A DNA stretch of 63,580 bases, filler included, from Reticulomyxa filosa (lineage: Eukaryota; Protista; Foraminifera): NCBI GenBank assembly GCA_000512085.1. It is 16 parts of 16 records of this genome, joined end to end, with 100 filler letters (N's around TTAATTAATTAA, not from the genome) between each part and the next. Parts side by side here need not be neighbours in the genome. Positions count along the whole stretch, not along the records: positions 50,997 to 54,369 come from ASPP01032906.1; positions 54,470 to 56,172 come from ASPP01026968.1; positions 56,273 to 59,221 come from ASPP01003312.1; positions 59,322 to 63,580 come from ASPP01008685.1; 12 more parts are not named here. One strand, given 5' to 3'. The notes under the pieces were generated by a model, which worked only from the letters and a program-made list of their open reading frames with translations, made no database searches and had not been told where the DNA came from. Below are positions 51,177 to 63,580 of this stretch, piece after piece. The translations under genes were made by a program, and so were the position numbers. Positions within the stretch are counted from its first letter, which is position 1; every line of letters begins with the position of its first letter.

Positions 51177-52884
51177 GTTGCTAATGTTACTGAATCTTTT
51201 TAAGTTTTTTTTGAAAAAAGGTTTGACACAGCATGACAAAAACAAAAGTGTTTTATATTTCAATAAATTATTCCAAAAAACTTGTTTTTAAATAAAATTA
51301 AAATTCTGTCTTTTCAAATGCTATCTCTCATTGGTAAACAATTTCAAATACTAATTTTCCAAAGATAATCCGTCAGACTCATTTCAATAATATCAATTAT
51401 TTTATTAATGCGTAATCAACATATACATCCACAAGTTTTTGAGTGTTGAGGAACAAGCATTTTTTCCAAACAAAAAAATCACACCAGGACGCAACAAGTA
51501 CTCGTAGTCATATTTCCCAAGTACCATGCGTTATTCTTTCGAAAGTATAATAATGGGAATACTTTTGGAATCAAAAGGGATCGTTTTTTTTTTTGCTAAA
51601 ACACAAAAATATACCTTATTCAGCCCAGTAACAATAGAAAAATCTCTCCGGACTTCTCTTTTCATACTCAAATCATTTAACATTACTTTTTTTGTTCAAG
51701 CGTGTTTTATCTATTTTATGGTAAATGTCCTAGTTACAATTGAAAATTTTTGCAGCGCAAAAAAAGTTTTTTTAAACTGCTTCATTGTATTTTATTGTAC
51801 GGAAAAAATATTCTTCTGAAATTTTTAACTGGTAGATCAAGCAAAATGTTAGATTTTGTGAATGCATTTAAACATGAAAATGAAGTTACTGTTGTGGAGG
51901 CGAAAAACTTGCAAGGATCAGAAGTGAATCGATTTATCACTTGGGTGGCAGCAACTATAACTACAAAACGGTGATATTGGAGGAAGACGACATTGTGGTA
52001 GCAGGGAAATATGTTGGTTTCTCAAAGTAGATAGGCCCCTATGTTTTTATTTATTATTTATTTACAGTGAGGGCCAAGAAAAGAGAACAAGATATGAGGA
52101 CAAATTGTTATATGGTCGTACTGGTTTGCTACCAATAGTTGGAAATTGAAAAACCAATTACGCCAGTTTGTTTGTTTGTTTTTTTTTGTTTCGATAAGTT
52201 TCTGTCAAAAAAAAAATAAAGGTATGAGGCAATTATTGCACTATTGGGACAAAAAAAATCAAGACATACAAGCTCGAAAAATATCAATATCCAGCTCTTC
52301 TATTTCCCAGAGGTCTATCATGAGTCATTCTTCCCAACTTTCTTATTCCAGTTTCATCCCCCTTTATTCTAACAACACACTGCTCACTTTCACGGCTTGT
52401 CTTTCTTCTTTCACTTGATTGAATCTTGTCATTTGTTTTTCTTTTATTTAATTAATTGTTCTTTCGTTTTAAATTGCTCAGAAGAGCGAAATCTTTCGTA
52501 TTACATTTTGTGCACCTCTTTCAGTAGCAGAAAGTCCACAGTAGTAATTTTAATTTTTTGAAAGCTGATATCTGTGCTTATTAAGAGGGGTCGAGTTATT
52601 TTTGAATCGTTAATACTAACATTTAAAGAATTTTTAAAAGTGGATAATGGGGTTTTGAACGAAGTGATTTTTTCAAAGAATCAAAAATAAAACTGGATTA
52701 TTATACTAATTAGAAAGAAGATCTACACTTTCTTCTGGCAATTTACACTGGTTTTTAAAAATTTATGCATCTTAAGTAATAATTTAGTTACGTATCAAAA
52801 GACGGTTGCTCCAGGTAAAAAATAATAGTTTAAAAAAGAAAGATATTGCCAAATAGGGATATCAAACAAGATAAAAAAATAATA

Positions 52885-53760
52885 ATGTCTTCTATTGTCG
52901 GAACAGAAGTGCCAAATGCAACGGTTTGTGTTTGCATGAATGATGCTTTTTAATTTTATAGCGTTCAAAAGAAAAATGTGCTTGTAAAACAAACTCGACA
53001 GTTATTTGTTTGGTCGAACGGCCCAAAGAAAGTAAATTCCAAAGACTTTTTTAAAAACCGAAAAATTGCCCTGTTTGCAATTCCAGGTGCATTTACAACG
53101 ACTTGCCAATTGAAGCATGTTCCAGGATATGTGGAACATGCCGATAAATTTAAAGTTAAGGCTGGGAGTTTTGCTGTTTTTAATGTTTTTTAATATGGAT
53201 TATTACACAATAGGCGGCCGGGTATGACATCGTTTGTTTGGCAGTGAATGACCCATTTGTATTGAAAGCATTTGCGGACCATACCAAAGCGAAAGACGTT
53301 TAGAAACAAGCAATTACTCACATTAATATTTTTCTTTTGTATAATTTTTTTTTGGTGTGCAATAAAAAAAAGGGGGGGTGAACAGTCCCTTGCGCAAACA
53401 CGCAATAAAATAAAATAACAGATTGAAATGCTAAGTGACACAACTGCGTCGTTTGTAAAAGCGCTGGGAAAAACAATTGATGCCTCTGGGCTTGGTTTAG
53501 GTGTTCGAGCATCAGTTTAGTAAATTTCTTTTGATTTTTGAAATGTGTTTGTGAGCAAATAAAATCAATACACAAGTTTGTTTGTTTTTTTTTTTGAAAA
53601 TTTTTTTAAATGTTGTGGCCGTCTATAATAGAGATTTGCTTTGTTGGCACATAACGGAGTTATTCAGTACATTACCGAAGAAAAGGACCCTGGAAAGGTA
53701 AGTTCTTCTGGTGCTGAGAAGTTGCTTGAAAGTATCAAGTCTTTGAAACCTAAATTGTGA
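52885..53760 (+). CDS. PRDX5: Type II (PRDX5-like) peroxiredoxin, 5 exons, PTS1-like C-terminus
   Basis: FAIPGAFTTTC (PxxxTxxC), HVPGY, CLAVNDPFV, GLGVRAS|RFA. Ends ...KPKL-stop. All four introns restore the frame. Confidence 0.9.
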
Positions 53761-54469
53761 GTTTTGTGTTCACACCATAATCAAATTTAATCCTACCAGC
53801 AATTACACAATTACCACTGGCATTTTTCATGAAAACAGTACAAATGTCAAAATAAAACCTTATTCTTCTGGTGTTGGTTTTGTAGCATAAATTTTGCTTT
53901 TTCTTTATTTCTTTAATTTGAAAAACAAAATAACTATGATTTAGCCATGATAATTGTTCGAGACCAACTATTGTGTTTTCTGCATTTCCTTTTTTTTTTC
54001 TCCCCAAGAAAGTTAAATCCTCCTTCTAAATTTTTGGTGTCTTATCAAAGCGGTTGTTGATGAAATTGTTCTAATGTACTGTGTCACACAGCACAAGTAT
54101 TTAATGTAGAAAATGAATGAAACTTGTCAATAATTTACATTTTTGCGGCTTTCTTACACTTTGACATGAGCTACTTATTGTATCAATAGAATTCTGATGT
54201 TCAGTATTTGCTTCAAAAACTAAATTCAATGTAACAAAAAACAACCCCCCAAATATTCGCACATCATAGTGTGACATTAATTCTCAAGGTTAAAACTATG
54301 AGAGCGCATGTTTTTTTTTCCCCTCCCTCCCCAAGAAGTGTTGTGACACAACAAAAGAGTCACAACGTANNNNNNNNNNNNNNNNNNNNNNNNNNNNNNN
54401 NNNNNNNNNNNNNTTAATTAATTAANNNNNNNNNNNNNNNNNNNNNNNNNNNNNNNNNNNNNNNNNNNN

Positions 54470-56172
54470 CAACGATTACATGGGAGTCAAGGCCAAAAAA
54501 TGTCCTGAAATTATCCAATTGTTGAATCAATTAAAAGTTATTATACTATTGACTTACTCTTTTTTTTTTTTTTTTTTCTTACACTTTGTATTTTCTATAA
54601 AAACAAAAATTTTTAAAAAAAACGTGGACGATAACATAAAAACATATGAACGACAACATAGGACAATACACCCAATTGCAAAATTGCACTAGTCGTTAAG
54701 GACGTCGACAGCAAAAAAATCTCACAAAAAATTTTAGAAAACGTCTTTTATGCTCCGGAAAAAGAACAACAAAATGGTTTGCAACAGTGTATCAACGAAT
54801 TGAAAGAGTGGTTGGGTAAGCATACAGACACATTGACGCCAGCACCAAATGACCAACCATGGTGGGAAAAAATTGAGTCTTTGCATTTGGCTCTACCTTT
54901 CGAATGTGTGGAGTTATTTGACACGAATGTTGCTGGACAGTCAATGTCCCAAGTTTAACTTGATCAAATTAAACAAAATTACATTTTTTTTTTATTTTAT
55001 TAAACATGATTGCCGCTGTAACTTGGGGGATGGGGGGAAAAAGCACGAGTTTAACAGCCGTTATGCTTTGATGGCAAAATTTCGTAATGAAGCAAACAGG
55101 GTCTTAGGCACTATTCGCAATGACACCAAACAACAATTGCTGCCTTTTGAACAATGGAAAAGGCAATATGACGAACTGGAAAAAAAAGGAGGTCAGTACA
55201 GAGTTTTAAAACAACTAAAACAAGTCGTCATGAGTGCGGTGAAAGCAAAGACTAGTCCTCTATTTGATTTGTATCAAAAGTATTGTCTATTACCGTTGTA
55301 TTGTGATAAAAATCCTGCAGAAGGAAACAAAGATGAAAAACTTGCTTATAAAGCATGGCAACAAGAAGAAATGTTATATGTATTAGAAAATGTTTTACAC
55401 GAGAGAAATCAAGTATGCTTTGCCAAAGAAAGGGAAGAATGTAAACATTTGAAAAGACAATATGAAACAGAAGGTAACAAAGATAAAAAAGAAAGACTTT
55501 GAAAAAATATTGAAAAACTAACAAAAGAGATCCAAGAAAAGCAAATTACTGCTTACAATCTTTTCAAAGACGCAATGGCAATGATTGATTTTATTGAAAA
55601 ATACAAAGTTTTTTTTTTTGTTAAACTGGGGTTTTTAATGTACTGAAAAAATAGTAAAATAAATAATGTTTATTAAAAAAAAAAGGAGCTTCCAGATAAT
55701 CAATGGTATAAGATTCCACTTGAAACACGGATAATACTTACTGAGTTTTCTCAACGAGCGTATAACTTCGGAAAAAGGTTGTTCGAAATAGGGACCCCAG
55801 TCGAATTTTGTGATGGAAATGAAGGTCGAATGAATGATACAATGATTGATAATGTATTCATGTGTAAAACGAAAGCAAATAAACAAGTGGTATCTGTGGC
55901 TGTGGCAGGTCCTCAGTCTTCTGGAAAATCGACACTGCTACGACGTTTGTTTGGAATTGATGCAAGAGCATCTGCAGGACGAACGACGAAAGGAATAAAT
56001 TGTTGTCGAATAGATTGTGATGACAAAGAAATTATATTGGTGGACTCAGAAGGAGTAGGAGCCACTGAGGTGCTTTCCGAACAAAAGGAAGCGGATAGTG
56101 GAACGAAAAAAGATAACAAAATAATTTTGGGTGCATTGGCGAGCAGTCGTGTGTTCATCTTAAATTTTATGA
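54470..56172 (+). CDS. Very large inducible GTPase (VLIG/GVIN, GB1/RHD3 class)-like protein, internal fragment
   Basis: G1 'VAGPQSSGKSTLL..LFG', G2 'SAGRTTKG', G3 'LVDSEG', then 'DNKIILGALASSRVFILN'. Helical exons lie upstream. Truncated on both sides. Confidence 0.7.
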
Positions 56173-56379
56173 NNNNNNNNNNNNNNNNNNNNNNNNNNNN
56201 NNNNNNNNNNNNNNNNTTAATTAATTAANNNNNNNNNNNNNNNNNNNNNNNNNNNNNNNNNNNNNNNNNNNNGTAAAGAAAAAAACAAATGTCAACTATG
56301 GCATGTATACGTATTTATTGTAAACACATTGTAATAACAAAAAAAAAAAAAATCTATACACGTGTAGTAAACAGAAATA

Positions 56380-56750
56380 TAACATATATGGATGATATGA
56401 GGATTGGAAAACTGGTAGTGGAGGAGCGTATTCTTCTTGTGATGGTCCGGTAGCTGCTTGTTCTTCCTCTTCTTCTTGTTGCTCGACAACATGATAGTTC
56501 TTTGGTGGTTTCATTGGCTACGTTATTGTTTTTTTTTTTTTTTTGGTTTAGAGGTAAACTTTTTTTTTAATTGTTGTAGACGTAACTTTTTCAGTTTTCA
56601 CACTGAAATGATCTGAGTCATTTTCCAACCAACGAAAATCGTTACCATTAAATATGACTGATATCAATTGCTTAGTAATGGAAACGACTTGACCTGCTGC
56701 CCATTCTCCTTTTTCTGTGGTCCATACCCACACATTCATGCCGACGTAAA
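56380..56750 (-). CDS. Protein with SH3/Tudor-like beta domain and Pro/Glu-rich linker, partial
   Basis: 'VGMNVWVWTTEKGEWAAGQVVSITKQLISVIFNGNDFRWL' has the pattern of a small Tudor/SH3-like barrel. The next exon contains EEYAPPLP. Confidence 0.4.
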
Positions 56751-59659
56751 ACTTTTTTTTGTTGTATTGTTGTAGGTTATTCCGAGTAATTTATAGTTCA
56801 TGTTTATTTATTTAGTTCGGTTTTAATTTTTTTGTATACGTGAGACATTTTTTGTAACTCTTTGGCCATTTTTAGACTGTACAACAGGTTCTGCTTCTAT
56901 CGCCTTTGTATTGCGTGTCGGAAAGTTGTAGTACTGTTGAAAAAAGTAGAGATGACATAAAGCCTTTAAACTATGTTATACCTCTTCTTCTTCATAGTCC
57001 ATATCTGGCCAAATCTGTTAATTGGATTTTCCCTTTTGTTTGTCCTTTTTTTTTCTGGAAAAAAGAGACAGATAAAAAATTGTCATCATAAACCAACCAA
57101 TCTTCGTTATAAAAAATATTATATTCACAAACGTGGCAAAATTACAATTTTCGTTGATTGTACATACTATGCTATTTTAAAAAATCTCTCATTACGTAAT
57201 TAAATGTATATTGAAATTATTATCTAGCCGTAATAAACAAAATTGTCTTTTTTGTTTTTGAATAATTTAATAAATGAATTACAACTATTCTTCATTGTAT
57301 TTGTAGAATTACATAATGATTTCAAACATTTTGAAGACAAACAACTGAAATATATCATTCACTTTCGCTTAGAAACAAAGATTGCTTATGCATTGATGAC
57401 CAGGAATGTAAAACAGAAATTGGTACATATGGCAACTGTGTGTCCATCTGGTAAGTTGTATCAACAGACATTAAATAATAGTTTGTACAGTAGAATGCAA
57501 AGTAAAGTTGGCACATTATAGAAATGATTGATTTTCTACATGAAAAACAACATTCAGACCTAATTTTTTTTTTTAAATATACAAATCGTAGCATTTTGTT
57601 CAAGCTATTTTTTTGCTATAAAGAGCCTGATTGGATATACACATTGTAAAAAATTATACGAACTTCATCAGCACTTGGAACATGGAATTATAATTCTTTT
57701 TTTGGTACGTATGTACAGTAATTATTTAAAAACGCTTATGTATGTACGTAATTTTTTGTTTGTCTGATCGTGAATAGGAAATTATTGTCAAAGACTAGTC
57801 AATGCAATAACAAAAAATTTAGTTATGAAGTGATTTGTTGCAATATGAAGTGCAGCATTGCAAAAAAAGTTTGTCTGATTTATTGTTTGCAATCTTCATT
57901 ATCTATGGATATATGCTGTTTTTTGCTGTGGTGTTTAATGTTGATGTGTGTTCCTTTTTGTATTTTTTCAAATTGAATATTTTGAAAATAAATGAAAAAG
58001 TAAAAAAAATGAACATTATTGGCCAAATCACATAATGGTCAAATCTCATAATTTTTTTTCTCTAAGAAATAAAAAATGAAAGCTATTGACTAGCACGAAG
58101 TGTTCTTGAATTTGTTTGATTTGGGTCATTTTTTGTGATTTGTGGATCATTTTTATTTTTTTTTGAACCAATTTTTAAAAAATTAACTAGTTTTTTTTAA
58201 AAAAAGTGTCAGACGGGGGGATGAGGTTCAAGTTTTTTATTTTTTAACTTTGTAATGTTTGTGTTTAGTAACAAACAACAAAGAGTTCGCTGCCGCTTGT
58301 CTGTAGAACTGAAATGGAGATTGATGTCTTGCAGTCCTGACTTTTTTAAAAAGATTTTCAAACGGCTTGTCCTTTGACATATCATATTATTAATTATAAT
58401 TAAAGACAATGAAAGATAATTATGGAACGCATTGTCAAACATGTGAATATCTTCGTCATGATATTTGCTTATTGGAATGTGATCATGCAAATGGAGAATT
58501 ATGGCAATGGGACCAACTCAGACAGAAAATGCACCAAAGTCAGATCAAAGACTATCTTGGAGTGGAACTGGACGAATGGACTGCTAACGCTACGGCGGGA
58601 TATTCAAAGTACGCAAATGCTTTGATGTAAATTTCAATCGATTAGCATTTATCCATCAATATCAAGTGATTGAAAATTTGGGTGGCACAGAAACAATTGA
58701 AAAAGACATTTCGCGAGCAAAAGTACGAATAACCATGCTGGCATTTGAAATACTCTTTGCCATCTACAGTTCCATTACTTCCATTGGGTTACCAATGTCG
58801 CAATTCCAATCCAATGATTTCGCCGTTGATGAGACTGCCAAATCAAATGTTTACAATACTATTAATTTTGTTACGAGTTGTTTTTATTTAGTTAATTTTT
58901 TTATTGTAATTTTTTTTCATGTTTGTTATAGGAGTAATATCTCATTCGTCGTATTCTCTTTTTTTTTTTGAAAACTTCCAGAGGATACTAATCCTTTTTT
59001 TACAAATTGATTTTTATATTATTGCTTTCAAATATTGAGAACAATAACAAAGAGCAGGCTATCAACAAAAAAAAAGCAAAACGAATCAATTTTTCCACAT
59101 ATGTTTTTCTATTATCTATTACCACGAAAAAAGTTGATTCAACAATGAAACGGAGAGATACTCACAACAAATTAACGAAAGAGCAAAATATTTCATAAAG
59201 CAATTCCCTCCAAATATCTGANNNNNNNNNNNNNNNNNNNNNNNNNNNNNNNNNNNNNNNNNNNNTTAATTAATTAANNNNNNNNNNNNNNNNNNNNNNN
59301 NNNNNNNNNNNNNNNNNNNNNATACCGTTTTATGCGTTCAGTTTTCTTTGCAACATACTGTATTTAACTTGTATATCTTTATTGAAAAGAGCTAAAGTAA
59401 AAATAATTTTGTATGTACATAGAACAAATCACATACTATCTTCAATATATGTTGTACTATCTTATCTCTTGGATTTATTTGAAAGGTTATACATGCATTT
59501 TTTTTTAATAAATTTTTTTATTAAATATATCAACTGTAACGAAAAAATAACATATCTAACAAACGTTTATACTTGTGTTTAAAAGAAATTTTTATGTGTG
59601 ACGCAAGGATATGCTGTCAGTTTTTTCCAGTTTTATTTTTATGTCATTTGCAGCTTCAT

Positions 59660-59870
59660 ACTTCTTAGTTAATAACCACCCACTAGACTGCGCATTTTAT
59701 CACTCAAAATAGATTTTTTTCCTGATCTATGCTTTCTGTTGATATTTCCGTTTGTTTGAAACGTTTTTTCCAATTTTGGACAGTCGTCATGCCAACATTG
59801 ATTTGTTTTGCTACTTTTAGCATATACTTTCCGTCCAAAAGTGTTCGCAAATCTATTCCCTTGTAAACTT
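59660..59870 (-). mobile_element. Tc1/mariner-type transposase N-terminal HTH remnant
   Basis: Joining two frames gives 'GKYMLKVAKQINVGMTTVQNWKKRF...TNGNINRKHRSGKKSILS', matching the Tc1 HTH plus R-S-G-R-P-R linker pattern. No DDE domain or TIR was found. Confidence 0.55.
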
Positions 59871-60711
59871 ATACATTGCTTCCCCATCATGATTTTACTT
59901 TCTTTTGTGTTTATTGTGCATTAAATACTTTAATATTAGTCAGTATATGAGAAAGAATGATGTAGAACTTTTCAAATAAACACAAGAGATAAGATAGTGT
60001 TCTATGTATCCACAAAATTATTTTTACTTTAGCTCTTTTCAATAAAGATATATAAATTAAATGAATAAAAGTATATAATAATATACATTTTTAAAAAAAA
60101 ATCTAATGATATTTGCCAGAGAAAATACAAGCAGTATACAATGCAAAAAGTGATTTAACTAAATGGCAATTTTCAATCTTACTACAAAAAAAAATTTTAG
60201 TTCTTATACTTTTGAATTAACTGACTTATTTAGCATTCCTTCAAAGTTTGAAAGATTTGGTTAATGTTGATTAACTATGAAATAGTTTAAATTTTTTTAA
60301 AAGGGAGAATAGAAAAACGAAACAGCATCTTTTGTATAAATGAATGCGTTGAATGCTCAGAAATAAGTACACAACTGACACATTTTTTCCTTTGAAACTA
60401 ATAAACTTATCATTAAAATGTCGTAAATACATTATTATAATTGATGAAAATTGATATCAATATCAGGGAATGCTTCATACAGTAATTCCGGAAAGCAAAA
60501 CACTTTGGAAACTAGTTTAAATTTTTTTAAAATAATTATTGCTGAATTTCTGATTTATGTAATAGCTATAGAACTTGTTGCAAGACAAAGTTATTGCCAT
60601 TATTGAAATCATCACAAATAAAAACAATTTGTTTGGAAAAAATTATATTGGTGCCACAGGCCGTTGAGACCTTTTTTGATAACGAACATTTCTAAGTTGC
60701 ATTTTTGTAAG

Positions 60712-62423
60712 ATGTCAGTTCATGCTGTGTTTGTAACAGACAAAACAGGCAAGCCCTTGATCTCTAGGAATTTTCGAAGAAAGATTCCTCTTTCCATTCC
60801 TAAAGATTTCCAGCGCTTTTTAGCGGAAGGAGAAGCTTTTGATCGTCGTCCAGTGTTCGTGAAGAACGACATTTCATTTGTTTACATTGAACACAGTGAT
60901 CTTTTCAGTTTTGAGTATTTACTCAATCAAAAAAAATAAAGTAAATGTGGATCAAAAAGAGAGTAATGATATTATGTATTTGAAAATTGACCACAGTATT
61001 AAGCATAACTCAAGGGAATGCCAATGTAGTGTTGATATTGAGTTTTTTGAATAAAATTGTGGAGGTTTGTAGCAAAGACTGCTCTTGGGTAATTGATCAT
61101 TTGATGTGTCTATTTTTTTGTTTTTTAAAAATGGAATAATTTGCACGAAAAGGTGTTTGAGAATTATTTTGGCCAGTTGGAACAAAGATCAGTCCGAGAT
61201 AATTTTGTGCTGATATATGAACTCTTTGATGAAATGTGTGATTTTGGATATCCCCAGTGTACAGATCCAAAAATGTTCAAGGATTACATTTGTGTGCAAG
61301 AGATACACAAGTTGGAAAGACCGAATAATATCATTGATTTGGCAGGCATAATCGGTATGGCATCACCATGGAAAGACGAAAGAATTGTTTATAAAAATAA
61401 TGAAGCATTTTTGGATGTTGTCGAAAAATTGAATTTATTAGTTTTGATCAATTTTGCTTTGCTTTTCCTCTGCATTTTTTTATTCCTTTTTTTCTTTCGT
61501 AAAGATTGAGAATTTAGTATCTTTTGTTGGAAAGACAACATGGAAAGAGAACATATGCCGTGTGTATATGTGGGGACCATTGACAAGGTGGCTCCAAATG
61601 GCAATGTGTTGCACAGTGAAATATCAGGAACATTGAAAATGAGAATATTTTTGAGTGGCAAGCCCGAAATGAGATTAGGATTGAATGACAAGATCGTAAT
61701 GAAGCAATGCAGTTTTGAAAACTTGACCACGCATAAACACACATAATACGCTTTCCACCTTTTTTTTTTGTGTTCAATTCGGAACAATAACACACACATG
61801 CCACAGATAGTCGGATCAGTCCAACTAAAATGCATGATATTCGATTCCATCAATGTGCTCGTTTGCAAGCCTTTGAATCGAAAAATATAATCACATTTAT
61901 TCCTCCCGATGGAGAATTTGAATTGATGAGTTATCGATTGGATACCAAAGTTCTTCCATTGATTTCAATCAAGTGCCTCCAAAATATCAAATCTCATTCC
62001 CACGTGGAATGTATCATCAGAGCCAAATCCGAATTTAAACATAGATTTATTGCAAACAATGTGGAAATCTTTGTCCCAGTCCTAGTCCCTCTGGATGCGG
62101 GTTCATTGAAATTTAGAGTATCTCTTGGCTCTGCTGAATACGTTCCTCAGCACAATTACATTTGCTGGACTATTAAACAGTTGTACGGGCAAAAGGAATG
62201 TTTGATGCACGTCCATTTTGATTTGCCTAGAGTCAGTGCCGTCAATACTGGCCAGAAAAAAAGTGTGGAAAAAATCCCAATTCGTGTCAATTTTGAAATT
62301 CCATATCTCACTGCTTCTGGAATTCAAGTTCGACGCTTGAAGATTGTAGAAAAGAGTGGCTATCAACCGTTGTCCTGGATCAGATACACCACACAAAGTG
62401 GAGATTATCAAATTCGAATGTAA
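60712..62423 (+). CDS. AP1M1: Clathrin adaptor AP-1 mu subunit (5 exons)
   Basis: GKPLISRNFR, SVRDNFVLIYELFDEMCDFGYPQ, YKNNEAFLDVVE, LSGKPEMRLGLNDK, DIRFHQC, FIPPDGEFELMSYR, FEIPYLTASGIQVR, WIRYTTQSGDYQIR. Confidence 0.93.
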
Positions 62424-63152
62424 AATGATTCTACATCAGGACACGGGGATACAACAAATAATATTATTACTACAAACGAAAAGAACATTTAATATAAATT
62501 CAAAAAAATAGGAAAATTCTTTTTCGTCAGTAATTAAAACATCTTTTACAAAATTTTTAAATTATGTATAAATGCAATGTTCATATTTATTTGCTATTTA
62601 CTTTCTTTATGCTAGCAATTTTTTTACATTTATTGTCAAACTCGATCTTATGAATACATTGATTTTTTATGAATAAAAGTTTTTTTAAATTTCTCACTTT
62701 GTTTTCAGCTTAGAAATTATTGAACACAGTTACTGAAATGTGTTTGACAAGTAAAAAACTGAACAATCTTTTGCAACTTTTTTGTGTAAAAAAAAAAAAA
62801 GTTGAACTGAACATTTCCTTCCCTTTTTCCAAACGGTTCGTTTCGTCGTTTGCGTCCAGTGTTCGTGGTGGCGAGATTAATATTGCTATTTTCGTCGCCT
62901 TCGTTCGAAAGCAGTTAAATAAACACATTTTCTCTTGTTTTTTGAACTTGAAAGTTTGGAGTTGAAACATTACTACAAATCGAAATAGGAGTCAACGATT
63001 CGTTTGTTGGAAGATCGTGGTTGTCGATTCGTAATCGTAATATCGTCGTGTTTGTGGTGGAATTGGCGATTGTATGGCAGATAATGAGATTATTGGATCT
63101 GGGTTATTTGGTTGCAGATGGATGGTATTGGTGGTTTTTGGTGGATTCCCGC

Positions 63153-63389
63153 AAAAAGGAGCCAGTCAGCCGCCAGCGCATTAATGCGCTAATTATGATA
63201 GCGATGTATCATCGCAATGACGCGTGCAGGGCGCGTCGGTAGATTGCGGCAAACCACGGCCACCATAAAGGTTTGCCTGGATGCATCACCGACAGTTGAC
63301 AGTTTGCAGGATCGGTATGGTAGTGTCAACAGAGGGTGAAGAGAGACGATGCTATTACATTGCGCCCATTTATTCGGCTGACGACGGCC
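63153..63389 (-). ncRNA. Candidate structured non-coding RNA (~235 nt), family unassigned
   Basis: GC-rich island with a terminal stem (63165-72/63375-82) enclosing five hairpins. On the minus strand a T5 run follows the closing stem. The strand is inferred from that run only. Confidence 0.5.
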
Positions 63390-63580
63390 GTTATACAATA
63401 TCACACCGTATTTGCAGGTTATTTCTACAGTCAATGTTTATTCTATGCAAATATTAAATTACTTGTATGTTTTGTGAAAATAGGTTGGTATTTTGCTATT
63501 AATGGATTCATTGGATTGATTGAGGTGGAATGGATCGATCCAAATTCGAGTTGTTCCAGTCATCTTTTTTTTTTTTTTTT

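Noticed and set aside
57243-58971. Possible multi-exon membrane protein gene
   Set aside because: Coding-like pieces exist (58409-58630 and 58666-58880), but I could not build a consistent model or assign a family.

Overview
AT-rich, intron-rich eukaryotic genomic DNA, made of 16 unrelated contigs joined by 15 artificial 100-nt N/TTAATTAATTAA/N spacers. The expanded Kelch, PUB-like and caspase-like families and the intron style point to a foraminiferan such as Reticulomyxa (inference, not verified). Recognisable genes are a ubinuclein/HPC2-like chaperone, a Kelch-caspase-like fusion, a PTEN/tensin C2 protein, a CCP6/AGBL4-like tubulin deglutamylase, a divergent annexin, two head-to-head EF-hand genes, RFC2 (yeast RFC4), proteasome alpha-3, TCTE1/DRC5, an Sfi1-repeat protein, a type II peroxiredoxin, a VLIG-like GTPase and AP-1 mu. 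Remnants of a non-LTR retrotransposon and a Tc1-like transposase are also present. Four observations stand out. (1) An apparently spliced gene has a region resembling the FHA-2 haemagglutinin repeats of bacterial CdiA/TpsA proteins, followed by a young beta-repeat array and hydrophobic helices. (2) An unassigned ~235-nt GC-rich, multi-hairpin RNA candidate ends in a T5 run. (3) Splice signals are atypical: GTT donors dominate, and several introns have 5' T-tracts and 3' A-tracts. (4) The annexin N-terminus carries PSAP and YPDL ESCRT-type motifs.
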